A stretch of 64,000 nucleotides of DNA from Alphaproteobacteria bacterium. GTDB taxonomy: Bacteria; Pseudomonadota; Alphaproteobacteria; MPNO01; UBA830. This document shows positions 43,539 through 53,006 of this stretch, in pieces. The notes under the pieces are model-generated. The model was not told the origin of the DNA and did no database searches. It was given only the letters and a program-made list of their open reading frames with translations. The position numbers and the translations under genes are program-made. The DNA lies in the NCBI GenBank assembly GCA_964291215.2, contig OZ219790.1:512001-576000 (forward strand), written 5' to 3'. Position 1 is the first letter of the stretch. Each line of letters begins with the position of its first letter.

Positions 43539-43754
43539 ATGAAGTTCCACATCGAATACTGCCAACAGTGAAACTACAAGCCGCGGGCCCTCCGTGCGAG
43601 GGATTTGCTTGTGCAAGCCGGGGCCGAAGCCGAGATCGTACCCGGACGGGTTGGATCGTTCGAGATTACGATAGGCGACTCGACAGTGTTCTCGAAACTC
43701 GACACCGGCCGGTTTCCTGGCGACGACGAGGTCCGGGGTCTGGCCCGGACCTGA
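43539..43754 (+). CDS. SelW/SelT/SelH (Rdx family) selenoprotein, UGA = Sec at 43569
   Basis: MKFHIEYCQQ(U)NYKPRA...PGRVGSFEITI....VFSKLDTGRFP..DEV. CxxU motif, with the frame open after the TGA. Confidence 0.88.
43572..43612 (+). promoter_or_regulatory. Bacterial SECIS-like hairpin
   Basis: ACAAGC...CCCTC-CGTGC-GAGGG...GCTTGT. The G-containing apical loop begins 21 nt after the UGA. Confidence 0.7.
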
Positions 43755-43838
43755 ACCGCGCTGCCACTGCTGGACAGCAGCGTTCGCCGAACGCCGGTTA
43801 CTTCAGGAGCGAGGGTGTCCGAGCCCGGACGAACCAGT

Positions 43839-44681
43839 ATGAGTGGGACGGTCAAGATGCATGCACCGCAGTCATGGCTTTCGGTCGACGAGATTGCCGA
43901 ACGGGTTCCGGACGGCGCACTGGTCGCGTTCCCGAAGGACGATGCCGGTGTGGCAATGGCAGCGACGCGGGCGCTGATTCGCAAGGGCGTCCGGGGCCTG
44001 CGTCTCCTCACCGTGCCCGTCGGCGGTTTCCAGATCGAGATCCTCGTCGGTGCGGGCTGCGCCGGCGAGGTCGAGACCAGCGGCGTTTCATTGGGGGAAT
44101 TCGGCTTCGCCCCGCGCTTTTGTGATGCCGTCGAACACGGCCGCATCGTGATCCGAGACGCGACCTGCCCTGCAATCTACGCGGCGCTGCAGGCGTCGGA
44201 AAAGGGTATTCCGTTCATGCCGCTCCGCGGCATCATCGGCTCCGATCTGCTGGGCCATCGCCCCGACTGGAAGGTGATCGAGAATCCCTTCGCCCAAGGC
44301 AATGATCCGGTGGTGGCGCTGCCCGCGGTCACCCCCGATATCGCGCTCTTCCACTGCCGCTACGGCGATGCGCACGGCAATGTCTGGGCCGGAGCGGCCC
44401 GCGAGTGCGTCCTGTTAGCCCACGCTTCGAAGTGCACGCTTGCGACCGTCGAGGAAGTCTGGGACGGTAACCTGATGGATGATCCCGGGATGCGAGCCGG
44501 CGCCATCCCGCCGGTCTATGTTGACGCGGTAGCGCACGCGCCGCAGGGCGCCTGGCCTCTGCCCGGGCACTGCCCGAAAGACGGCCGCCACCTTCGCGCC
44601 TATCTGGCCGCAGCGCAGACAGCGAAGGGCTTCGATGCGTGGCTCGCAGAGAACGTGCTTCAGGTTGAGGCCGCAGCCTGA
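43839..44681 (+). CDS. CoA-transferase family I subunit A (glutaconate CoA-transferase-like)
   Basis: ALIRKGVRGL.L, APRF, GIPFMPLRGIIGSDL, ENPF, PDIALFH...D.HGNV and TVEE. Confidence 0.85.
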   Translation: MSGTVKMHAPQSWLSVDEIAERVPDGALVAFPKDDAGVAMAATRALIRKGVRGLRLLTVPVGGFQIEILVGAGCAGEVETSGVSLGEFGFAPRFCDAVEHGRIVIRDATCPAIYAALQASEKGIPFMPLRGIIGSDLLGHRPDWKVIENPFAQGNDPVVALPAVTPDIALFHCRYGDAHGNVWAGAARECVLLAHASKCTLATVEEVWDGNLMDDPGMRAGAIPPVYVDAVAHAPQGAWPLPGHCPKDGRHLRAYLAAAQTAKGFDAWLAENVLQVEAAA

Positions 44682-44689
44682 CCTTGTCC

Positions 44690-45421
44690 ATGGAGTATTC
44701 CCGCGAGGAACTGCTGATCTGCGCCCTGGCGCGCCTTCTCGACGGCTGCCGCAACATCGCCGTCGGCACAGCGTCTCCCATTCCCGGAAGCGCCGCACTG
44801 CTGGTCCAGGCACTCGGCGGCGGCAAGGCGCGCGCCAGCATTCTCGGGAGCGTACTGCACAACCCGTTCAATGACGGCGGTCCCGAACTGTTCGACCGCG
44901 CCGGTCAGGGCCGGGTTGACGCATTCTTTCTCGGCGGCGGCCAGATCGACGGCGAAGGCAACATCAATCTTGTCGGAACCGGCCCCTACCCGGCCTCAGA
45001 GACCCGCTTTCCCGGCAGCTTCGGCTCCGCCTACCTGTATTTCACGGTTCCGCGCGTCATCCTGTTCCGGGAAGAACATTCTCGCCGCTCCCTCGTCGAC
45101 CGCGTCGATTTCATCAGCGCTCCCGGCGCCAGCCCGCCGGAGGTCCACCGGCCAGGCGGCCCGTTCGCCCTCGTCACCAACCTGTGCGTCTTCGCCTACG
45201 AACGCGGCAACCGGAGGTTCCGCCTCGAGGGTCTTCTACCCGGTGCAACCCTCGAGGAAGTGCGCGACAACACCGGTTTCGATTTCGCTTGCCCCACCGA
45301 TCTCGCGCCGGTGGCGCCGCCCGAACCCGACCGACTCGAGCTGATCCGCGGGCGCATCGCGGATGAAATCGCGGAGACCTATCCCGAGTTCGCACGCAGG
45401 CGCCTCGGCTGGCAAGGCTGA
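44690..45421 (+). CDS. CoA-transferase family I subunit B
   Basis: FFLGGGQIDGEGNIN, FPGSFGS, VDFISAPG, VTNLCVF and EVRDNTGF. Confidence 0.85.
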   Translation: MEYSREELLICALARLLDGCRNIAVGTASPIPGSAALLVQALGGGKARASILGSVLHNPFNDGGPELFDRAGQGRVDAFFLGGGQIDGEGNINLVGTGPYPASETRFPGSFGSAYLYFTVPRVILFREEHSRRSLVDRVDFISAPGASPPEVHRPGGPFALVTNLCVFAYERGNRRFRLEGLLPGATLEEVRDNTGFDFACPTDLAPVAPPEPDRLELIRGRIADEIAETYPEFARRRLGWQG

Positions 45422-45519
45422 CCACCCCGATGGACGCCTGCTATACTCTGTCACGAGGCGGAGGGTCAGGGCGTTCCGCCGCAAAGGGCCCTCCTTCCCA
45501 TCCGAGGAGTTGAGTTCCG

Positions 45520-45963
45520 TTGGACAACGTATTCGAAGTCTACCGTTCCGTCGTCTTCCCCTGGCATTGCGATCACATCGGCCACATGAACGTGCGCTGG
45601 TACGCACACCATTTCGACGACGCTGGCTTTCATCTGTGGACCGTAGCCGGCCTGAGCCAGAAGGCGATGCATAAAAGCGGTTCGGGGCTGGTGGTTGCAC
45701 GAATCTCGATCGACTACGTTCGGGAGATGAAGGCTGGCGACCTCATGGTCATACGCGGCGGCTTCACCCATGTCGGTAACAGGTCCATACGCCACCACCT
45801 GCGCATGTATGACGCCGACAGCGACGAACTGCGCGCGACCCAGGATACGGTCGAGGTGTTCTTCGACCCGGAAACCAGGAAATCCGCGGTCATGCCCGAT
45901 CACTACCGCAACAGGCTAAAGCCCCTGGTTGTCGACTTCGCCGAAGCGGAAGACCGGGCATGA
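45520..45963 (+). CDS. Hotdog acyl-CoA thioesterase (4HBT-like)
   Basis: VFPWHCDHIGHMNVRWY..FDDA. TTG start. Confidence 0.88.
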   Translation: MDNVFEVYRSVVFPWHCDHIGHMNVRWYAHHFDDAGFHLWTVAGLSQKAMHKSGSGLVVARISIDYVREMKAGDLMVIRGGFTHVGNRSIRHHLRMYDADSDELRATQDTVEVFFDPETRKSAVMPDHYRNRLKPLVVDFAEAEDRA

Positions 45964-46787
45964 CGCCGATCGAAGGGAGGGTCGCAATCGTCACGGGGGC
46001 TGGACGCGGCCTCGGACTTGCCATGACGAGGGGCCTGGTCGCCGCAGGCACCAGGGTCGCGATGGCCGAACTTGACGAAGACGTTGTCCGCGCGGCGGCA
46101 CGCGAATTCGGGGACTCCGTGATCGCCGTGTCCGGCGACGTATCGAATCCCGACGATGCGCGGAGGATCGTCGAGGAAACCGTCGGGGCGTTCGGCAACC
46201 CTGACGCGCTCGTGAACAATGCCGGGCTCGGACCCCAACGCTTCCGCAGCACGGACCGGTCGGATGTCAGTATGGTCTGGGAGATCGAACTCGCCGACTG
46301 GCTGCTCTATCTCGACGCCAACGTCACCGGCCATTTCGTCATGACGAAGGCAGTGATGCCCGGCATGCTGGCGCGGAATCACGGCCGTATAGTCAATGTT
46401 ACGACCAGCTTCGAGACCATGATCGCCTACGCCAACGGCGCCTATGGGCCGTCCAAGGCGGCCGCCGAAGCTCTCGCGACGATGATCGCGGGCGGTGTCG
46501 CGGGAACTGGCGTGACCTGCAACGTGCTCATCCCGGGCGGCCCCGCCGACACTCGCATGATTTCGGCGGCCGGAAAATATGCCAACCGCGCGAATCTCAT
46601 TCAGCCCGAAGTCATGGTCCCGCCGCTGCTCTATCTCATGTCCGACGATTCTGCGGGCATCAATGACCGCCGGATACGGGCTGCCGTCTGGGACATGAAC
46701 AGGACAGTGGAGGAAAACCTCGACGCCGCGAGCGCGCCGATCGCCTGGCCGCAGCTCGGCGGACAGGCGATCCAGCCCGAAAGCTGA
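45960..46787 (+). CDS. SDR oxidoreductase (paralog 1)
   Basis: TGAGRGLG, VNNAG, YGPSK and NVLIPGGP. Confidence 0.92.
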   Translation: MTPIEGRVAIVTGAGRGLGLAMTRGLVAAGTRVAMAELDEDVVRAAAREFGDSVIAVSGDVSNPDDARRIVEETVGAFGNPDALVNNAGLGPQRFRSTDRSDVSMVWEIELADWLLYLDANVTGHFVMTKAVMPGMLARNHGRIVNVTTSFETMIAYANGAYGPSKAAAEALATMIAGGVAGTGVTCNVLIPGGPADTRMISAAGKYANRANLIQPEVMVPPLLYLMSDDSAGINDRRIRAAVWDMNRTVEENLDAASAPIAWPQLGGQAIQPES

Positions 46788-46847
46788 GCGCGGCGTCTCG
46801 AAGCGGATCCGCAGCCCGGATGCGGCCGACAAACCGGAGGAGATGCC

Positions 46848-47711
46848 ATGACTGATCGACCGCTCGAGGGGCGCATCGCGCTGATTACCGGAGCCGGGCG
46901 AGGGCTGGGCAAGGCAATGGCCGAGGGCCTTGCGGCCAAGGGCGCACGGACTGCCCTTCTCGATATCGAGCGGGACGTGCTCGCAGCCGCGCTTCGCGAG
47001 GTCGAGGCAGCCGGCGGCCAAGGCTGCGCGATGGCAGTGACCGCCGACGTCACCGATCCCGAGCGGGCGCGGGCCGCCATCGACGAGGTCGTCGATGGCT
47101 TCGGCGGACTGCACATCGTCATCAACGACGCAGCGATGGGACCTCAGTTCTTCACGAATGACTTTGTCGGGGACCCGCCGGTCTTCTGGGATGTCGATCC
47201 CGAACTCTGGCTCCGCGTGCTGACCGTGAACGCCTACGGGCCGCAGTTGGTGACCTCGGTCGCGGTGCCGCATCTTCTGAAAGCAGGTTGGGGACGCGTT
47301 ATCAACATCACCACCAGCCTCGACACGATGTATCTGCGGGGCTGCGGAGCTTACGGCCCCTCAAAGGCCGCGCTTGAGGCCAACACCCGCATCATGGCGC
47401 ATGATCTCGCGGATACCGGGGTGACGGCCAATGTCCTCATTCCCGGGGGCCCGGCGAACACGCGCATGATTCCGGAAGCGACCGGCCTTCCGCGCGACAA
47501 ACTTGTACAGCCCGAAGCAATGCGCGCCCCGGTGTGCTGGCTCTGTAGCGCCGATGCCGACCGCATCAACGGCATGCGCTTCGTTGCGGCGCTGTGGGAC
47601 GAAAGCCTGCCGCCGGACGAACGCGTCGCCAAGGCCGGCGCACCCGTGGCCTGGCCCCAGGTCAACTCGATATCGCAACGGCCGGATGGCTGGGAACACG
47701 AGGATTTATAG
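46848..47711 (+). CDS. SDR oxidoreductase (paralog 2)
   Basis: TGAGRGLG, YGPSK and NVLIPGGP. Confidence 0.92.
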   Translation: MTDRPLEGRIALITGAGRGLGKAMAEGLAAKGARTALLDIERDVLAAALREVEAAGGQGCAMAVTADVTDPERARAAIDEVVDGFGGLHIVINDAAMGPQFFTNDFVGDPPVFWDVDPELWLRVLTVNAYGPQLVTSVAVPHLLKAGWGRVINITTSLDTMYLRGCGAYGPSKAALEANTRIMAHDLADTGVTANVLIPGGPANTRMIPEATGLPRDKLVQPEAMRAPVCWLCSADADRINGMRFVAALWDESLPPDERVAKAGAPVAWPQVNSISQRPDGWEHEDL

Positions 47712-47743
47712 AACGCCCAACCGCACGAAACGGGAGAACCGCC

Positions 47744-48589
47744 ATGAGCAATCGAGCCCTTGAGGGCAAGACAGTACTGATGACCGGAGCCGGGCGCGGC
47801 ATGGGCCGACGCATGTCCGTAGCGCTCGCCGAAGCCGGAGCAAGGGTCGCCATGATCGATATCGACGAGGACGTGCTCAGCGAGGCCGCCGAGGAGGCGG
47901 AAGGCGCCGGCGGCCAAGGCTCGGTCAGACCGATGATCTGCGATGTTACCGACGCCGATCGCGCGAGGCAGACAGTGGACGAGATTGTCGCATCCTTCGG
48001 GTCGATCGATGTTCTCGTCAACGATGCGGTTGTCGGGCCGGAGCGCATACCGGGCTTCATGGTCGGCCACACGAATTTCTGGGATCTCAATGACGACCTG
48101 TGGAACACCATGCTGCGGGTCAATGTCTTCGGTCCCCAGCTCATGGCCAAGACCTGCGCCCCGGTCATGATGAAGGGCGGCTGGGGCCGCATCATCAACG
48201 TGACCACCAGCCTCAACACCATGTATCGCGTCGGTGGCGGCGCCTACGGGCCTTCCAAGGCGGCGCTGGAGGCCCATACCCACATCATGGCGCACGACCT
48301 CGACGGCACGGGAGTAACTGCCAACATCCTGATCCCCGGCGGGCCGGTCAACACGCGGATGATTCCGGCCGACGCCCCGTTCAGCCGCTCTGCCCTGATT
48401 CAACCCGAGGTCATGGAAATGCCTGTGGTCTGGCTGGCATCGGAAGATTCCGATGGGATCAATGGTATGCGTTTCATCGCGGCACTGTGGGACCCCGACC
48501 TCCCCCGCGACGACCGCATTGCCAGGGCCGGAGCGCCAGTAGCCTGGACCCAACTCGAATCGCGGGCGATCTATCCATCCGAGGATTGA
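47744..48589 (+). CDS. SDR oxidoreductase (paralog 3)
   Basis: TGAGRGMG, YGPSK and NILIPGGP. Confidence 0.92.
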   Translation: MSNRALEGKTVLMTGAGRGMGRRMSVALAEAGARVAMIDIDEDVLSEAAEEAEGAGGQGSVRPMICDVTDADRARQTVDEIVASFGSIDVLVNDAVVGPERIPGFMVGHTNFWDLNDDLWNTMLRVNVFGPQLMAKTCAPVMMKGGWGRIINVTTSLNTMYRVGGGAYGPSKAALEAHTHIMAHDLDGTGVTANILIPGGPVNTRMIPADAPFSRSALIQPEVMEMPVVWLASEDSDGINGMRFIAALWDPDLPRDDRIARAGAPVAWTQLESRAIYPSED

Positions 48590-48821
48590 TTTCCGATCGG
48601 ACGTGATCACAAAATTGCCGTATACGGCCCCAACCATGGCCCATGCACGGCTCCCGCTTGCGGCGTCGTCCCGACGGAAGAGGGAAAAAAGCTCTTGCCG
48701 TTCCTCATGCCGCCCATCCACCGGTGTCGGGCCGATAGCCGTTCCGTGGCCTTGCCTTCCGGCGCTTGACCGGCCGCCGATGCGGCAGCCGTCGGGCTGA
48801 AGACGGCGTGATGCGGAGCGG

Positions 48822-50198
48822 ATGATGGCCAAGGACCTGAGAACATTTCTGGAAGGCGCCGGTGCGAACGTTCTGCGCGTCTCGCGGCCGGTGCCGCGCA
48901 AGCATCTGAGCGCGCTGATCGTCGAGGCCCGGCAACCGGTGCTTTTCGAGCGGATCGAAGGCTTTGCCGGCTGGAGGCTGGCCGACCTTCTTTTCCGCGA
49001 CCGCGCGGCCCAGGCAATCGTGCTCGGAACCGAACCGGATGCCGTCCTGCCATTTCTCGCCGAACGCCTGTCACGTCCACCGGTAGCACCATGCCTGACC
49101 GCCCGACGCCCCGGTGTCTGGACCGACCATGACGGCGGGCATGCGGATTTCGGCCTGCTACCCGGGTTTCAGCACGGAGCACGCGACCCCGGTCCCAGCC
49201 TGATCGCCATGGTCGTCTGCCAGGGACCCGACGGTGGCCCGGCGAACTTCTCGTTTACGCGGATCTCGCCTTTCGACGCTCGACGCGCAACTTACCTGAT
49301 CGGTTCGTCGCCACACATGCGTTCCATTCTCTCCGCCTGGGAAGCGCGCGGCGAGGCAATGCCGATCGCCTTTGTCATAGGAACCCACCCGGCCTACGAG
49401 ATCATGGCGTCCTACAGCGTCCCCGACCATCTTGAACGGTTTGGCGAGCTCGACATGGTCGCCAATCTCGTCGGCGAGCAGGTCGAACTCGTCGCCTGCC
49501 GCACGATCCCGCTTGCGGTTCCGGCCCACGCCGAGGTCGTGATCGAGGGGCGTGTCACGCCCGGTGAACGCCGCGACGACGGACCGGGCCCGTCGCAGGC
49601 CCTGTACTACATTCCGGGCGTCACCAGGCAGCCGGTGGTCGAGATCTCGTCGATTGCCATCCGCGAGAATTCGATCCTGCGCCAGCACAACACCCTGATG
49701 TATTCGGATCATCAGCCGCTGCTGTCGCTGCCCCATGAGGCAATGTTGTATGAACGTCTGACGAAGCAGGGATTCCGCGTGCGTGAGGTTGCGTATGTCC
49801 CGTGGGGCGGAACACTGGCCTGCGTTGTGCAGATGACACCCGAATCGGAAGGCGAGGCCCACAACGCGCTGATGCTCATGCTCGGAGAACGCTGGCCCAG
49901 CGCCAAGCTCACAATTGCAATCGACGACGATGTCGACATCGAAAGCGCCGAAGACCTGATCTGGTCGGTCGCAACCCGTGTCGAGCCGACGCGCGACATT
50001 TTCGTCGTTCCATCTGCAAAGGGCCATGCCCTGGATCCCACCGCCCGCGAAGCGGCTGGCGGATCGCGCAATGTCGTTGCCGGCAAATGGGCAATCGACG
50101 CAACCGGACCGCCGGCCAGCGATCACCCGGCGCGCGCGCGCTTCGAACGCACCGTACCGCCCCATGGCGGCAAAGTGCGGCTTGCCGATTTCCTGTGA
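48822..50198 (+). CDS. UbiD-family (de)carboxylase-like protein
   Basis: DLRTFL, PVLFE, MPIAFVIG.HP, VPAHAEVVIEG, IDDDVDI...WSVATR.EP..D and KWAIDAT. Confidence 0.85.
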   Translation: MMAKDLRTFLEGAGANVLRVSRPVPRKHLSALIVEARQPVLFERIEGFAGWRLADLLFRDRAAQAIVLGTEPDAVLPFLAERLSRPPVAPCLTARRPGVWTDHDGGHADFGLLPGFQHGARDPGPSLIAMVVCQGPDGGPANFSFTRISPFDARRATYLIGSSPHMRSILSAWEARGEAMPIAFVIGTHPAYEIMASYSVPDHLERFGELDMVANLVGEQVELVACRTIPLAVPAHAEVVIEGRVTPGERRDDGPGPSQALYYIPGVTRQPVVEISSIAIRENSILRQHNTLMYSDHQPLLSLPHEAMLYERLTKQGFRVREVAYVPWGGTLACVVQMTPESEGEAHNALMLMLGERWPSAKLTIAIDDDVDIESAEDLIWSVATRVEPTRDIFVVPSAKGHALDPTAREAAGGSRNVVAGKWAIDATGPPASDHPARARFERTVPPHGGKVRLADFL

Positions 50199-50271
50199 CC
50201 GCACGAACATTTCGATCCGCACGAACGGGACTTTCCGGCCTTGTATACTGTCCTGCCGCCTGTTTCGAATA

Positions 50272-51477
50272 TCAGCGGGTCTGGCCCCGCAGTACCGGCA
50301 TCGCACGGAGAGCAACAACAAACGCAATGAGCAGAAGGACGCTACCTCCCAGATACGGCGCATCGCGGGAAAAAGCCGAAAACGACAGACCCGCTGCCGC
50401 CGGACCGAGAATTCGGCACAGCGACTGGACTGACTGCAGCGCACCCATCGCCGCCCCCTGCTGGCCAGCCGGAGCATTGCGGGAAACGAGTGCGGCAAGC
50501 GAAGGCTGGGCCAGCCCGTAGCCCACGGCGATGAGAAAGCCACCGATATACGCCGGGAAGGCGGAATGGACGAACAGCACGAAAGTAAAACCCGCTGCCA
50601 TAAGGATAGTGCCTGCCGCAACCAGCGGTCCTTCCCCAACCCACCGGACCAGCGGACGGACGAAGACGCCTTGGACGAGAATCATGAGAGTTCCGATATA
50701 GAAGAAGAAGACCGCGTTCTCTCGCACTTCCCATGAAAGCTGGCGCTCCGTCCATATCGCAAATGTGCTCTCCAGCCCGCCCATGCAGAATGCCATCAGG
50801 GTCACGATAATCAGAGGGTACAGCACACCGGGCACACGGCCAGCGACAGTGAAGTCACGGATACGATCGCGATAGCTGCGGGATCTGCCCGCCTTTGAAC
50901 GCTGCCTAGGCTCCTGAAGAAGCAGCAGCGCCGCAACCAGCCCGATTGCTCCCGCACCGGCTGCCGCCAGAAATGCAGTGCGGAAATCCGTGTCGCCTTC
51001 GCCAAACCATGTCAGCGACCATCCGATGGCCGGTCCGAGCACGAACCCGGCGCCGATCGCCGCGCCCATCAGCCCCATGCGGGCCGCCCGGTCGCGCGGC
51101 GGCGTCAGATCCGCAATATAGGCCTGAGCAACAACCGCCGTGCCGCCCATCAGACCGGCGAGGGAGCGCGCGGCAAAAAGCTCCCAAAGCGCGTCAGCCT
51201 GACTTACCCATACGAACGACAGCACCGACCCGGCGATGCCGAGACAAAGGATCGGCTTGCGACCCCAGCGATCGCTGGCGACCCCCCAGGGAAACGAGGA
51301 TAGCAAGGCAAAGAACGAAAAAGTCGCGAACAGGATGGCAACCATGGCTGGGGAGGCGCCAAAGCGCTCGGCCCAAAACGGCATGAACGGGATGATGATC
51401 CCGAAAGCGAGCATGTCGAAAAAGACGATCAGCAGGAGGATACCGATCGCCCGCCGTTCCCGGAGGTCTGCCGTCAT
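50272..51477 (-). CDS. MFS transporter (DHA1/TetA-like)
   Basis: SDRWGRKP motif A, AYIADLT and GFVLGPAIG. About 12 TM segments. Confidence 0.92.
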   Translation of the reverse strand: MTADLRERRAIGILLLIVFFDMLAFGIIIPFMPFWAERFGASPAMVAILFATFSFFALLSSFPWGVASDRWGRKPILCLGIAGSVLSFVWVSQADALWELFAARSLAGLMGGTAVVAQAYIADLTPPRDRAARMGLMGAAIGAGFVLGPAIGWSLTWFGEGDTDFRTAFLAAAGAGAIGLVAALLLLQEPRQRSKAGRSRSYRDRIRDFTVAGRVPGVLYPLIIVTLMAFCMGGLESTFAIWTERQLSWEVRENAVFFFYIGTLMILVQGVFVRPLVRWVGEGPLVAAGTILMAAGFTFVLFVHSAFPAYIGGFLIAVGYGLAQPSLAALVSRNAPAGQQGAAMGALQSVQSLCRILGPAAAGLSFSAFSRDAPYLGGSVLLLIAFVVALRAMPVLRGQTR

Positions 51478-53006
51478 GATCCGGTCTGCGGCGAAGCCGA
51501 AACCCTGCTGACCATATCCCGGAGTTCGTACTTGAGAACCTTGCCCATCGCGTTCCTCGGCAGGTTCTCGACGAAGACGACATCCCGCGGATGTTTGAAG
51601 CGCGCGAGCCGGCCGTCGAACAGCTCCAGGATCCGTTGCCTGTCCGGACCCGCACCGGAGGCCGGCACGACGACGGCAACCGGCACCTCGCCCCATCTCT
51701 GGTCGGCGCGACCTACAACGGCCGCCTCAGCGATCTCGGCGCACCCGTCAAGGACGCTCTCAAGTTCGGCCGGATAGATATTCTCAGAGCCCGAGATGAT
51801 GACATCCTTCAGTCGGTCATCAACGTAGAACAGCCCCCTCTCATCGACGTGGCCGATATCGCCGGTGTGGAACCAGCCGTCCTTGAGGACCTGCGCCGTC
51901 GCCTCGGGATCATTCCAGTATCCGGTCATGATGCTGGGCCCTCGCACAACGATTTCGCCCTTTTCTCCGGCCCCGAGCGTGCGACCTTCTGCATCCACGA
52001 TCTTCGCATCGCAATAAAGTGCCGCGCGGCCCGTCGAACCCTTGGTGGTCCATGCATCCGGAATGCGCTGATGAATGGCGATCGGCGCGGTCTCGGTGGT
52101 TCCATAGACCTGAATCACAGGCACTTCGCGATCGAGATAGCTGTCGAGGAGCGACATCGGAACGATGGTGGAACCGGTGTTGATCGCGCGCAGCTGGGAA
52201 AAGTCGAGTGTCGGCCATTGCGGATGCGCCATCAGCGCGCTCATCAGCGCGGGCACCAGGATCATCAGACTCGGCTTTTCCTCGATGATCACCCGCGCCG
52301 TCGCGTCGGGATCGAAGCGCCGGTGCAGGATAACGGTGGCGCCGGAATGCAGCGCCGGGGTGGTCTGGATATTCAGGCCTCCGACATGAAACATCGGCAG
52401 GTTCGTGAACACGGTGTCCCTGCTCGTCATATCGTGCATGGCGACCGAATTGACCGCGTTGAAGGTGATCGCGTTCTGATCGAGGACCGCACCCTTCGGG
52501 CGACCGGTGGTGCCCGAGGTGTAGACGATCAGGAGGGGGTCATCAGCTCCGGCCAGCGGGTCGACGGCGTCCTCCGGAGCTGAGGACGCGAAGGTCTCAA
52601 ATTCTCCACCATCCCCGTCCCGGCCCCCCATCGCCACGAGGCGGCAATCGGGCGGCAAGAAAGTGTCGGCGCCTTCAAGGAACTCCGGTTCGCAGAACAA
52701 GACCCTGGCGCCGCTGTTGTCGAGGATGAAGCGGTGCTCGGGCGGGGCGAGACGCCAGTTGAGCGGCACTAGAATTGCACCAAGCCGGGCACTCGCGAAC
52801 ATCAGCGCCAGCATATCGGGGGAATTGAAGCCGAGGAACGCCGTCCGGTCGCCGCGTCCAACACCCAGACCATGGCGCAACAGCGCCGCGGCCTTGCGTA
52901 TGCGTGCGGCAAGGGCGGCGTAGGAAATATCCGTCCCCTCGAACCGGATTGCTGTCTTCTCTGGCTGAAAACTCTCCCAACGCTCGATCCAGTGCGAAAT
53001 GTTCAT
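51474..53006 (-). CDS. Acyl-CoA synthetase (AMP-forming)
   Basis: YTSGTTGRPKG, YGTTE, GWFHTGD and LPRNAMGK. Confidence 0.93.
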   Translation of the reverse strand: MNISHWIERWESFQPEKTAIRFEGTDISYAALAARIRKAAALLRHGLGVGRGDRTAFLGFNSPDMLALMFASARLGAILVPLNWRLAPPEHRFILDNSGARVLFCEPEFLEGADTFLPPDCRLVAMGGRDGDGGEFETFASSAPEDAVDPLAGADDPLLIVYTSGTTGRPKGAVLDQNAITFNAVNSVAMHDMTSRDTVFTNLPMFHVGGLNIQTTPALHSGATVILHRRFDPDATARVIIEEKPSLMILVPALMSALMAHPQWPTLDFSQLRAINTGSTIVPMSLLDSYLDREVPVIQVYGTTETAPIAIHQRIPDAWTTKGSTGRAALYCDAKIVDAEGRTLGAGEKGEIVVRGPSIMTGYWNDPEATAQVLKDGWFHTGDIGHVDERGLFYVDDRLKDVIISGSENIYPAELESVLDGCAEIAEAAVVGRADQRWGEVPVAVVVPASGAGPDRQRILELFDGRLARFKHPRDVVFVENLPRNAMGKVLKYELRDMVSRVSASPQTGS

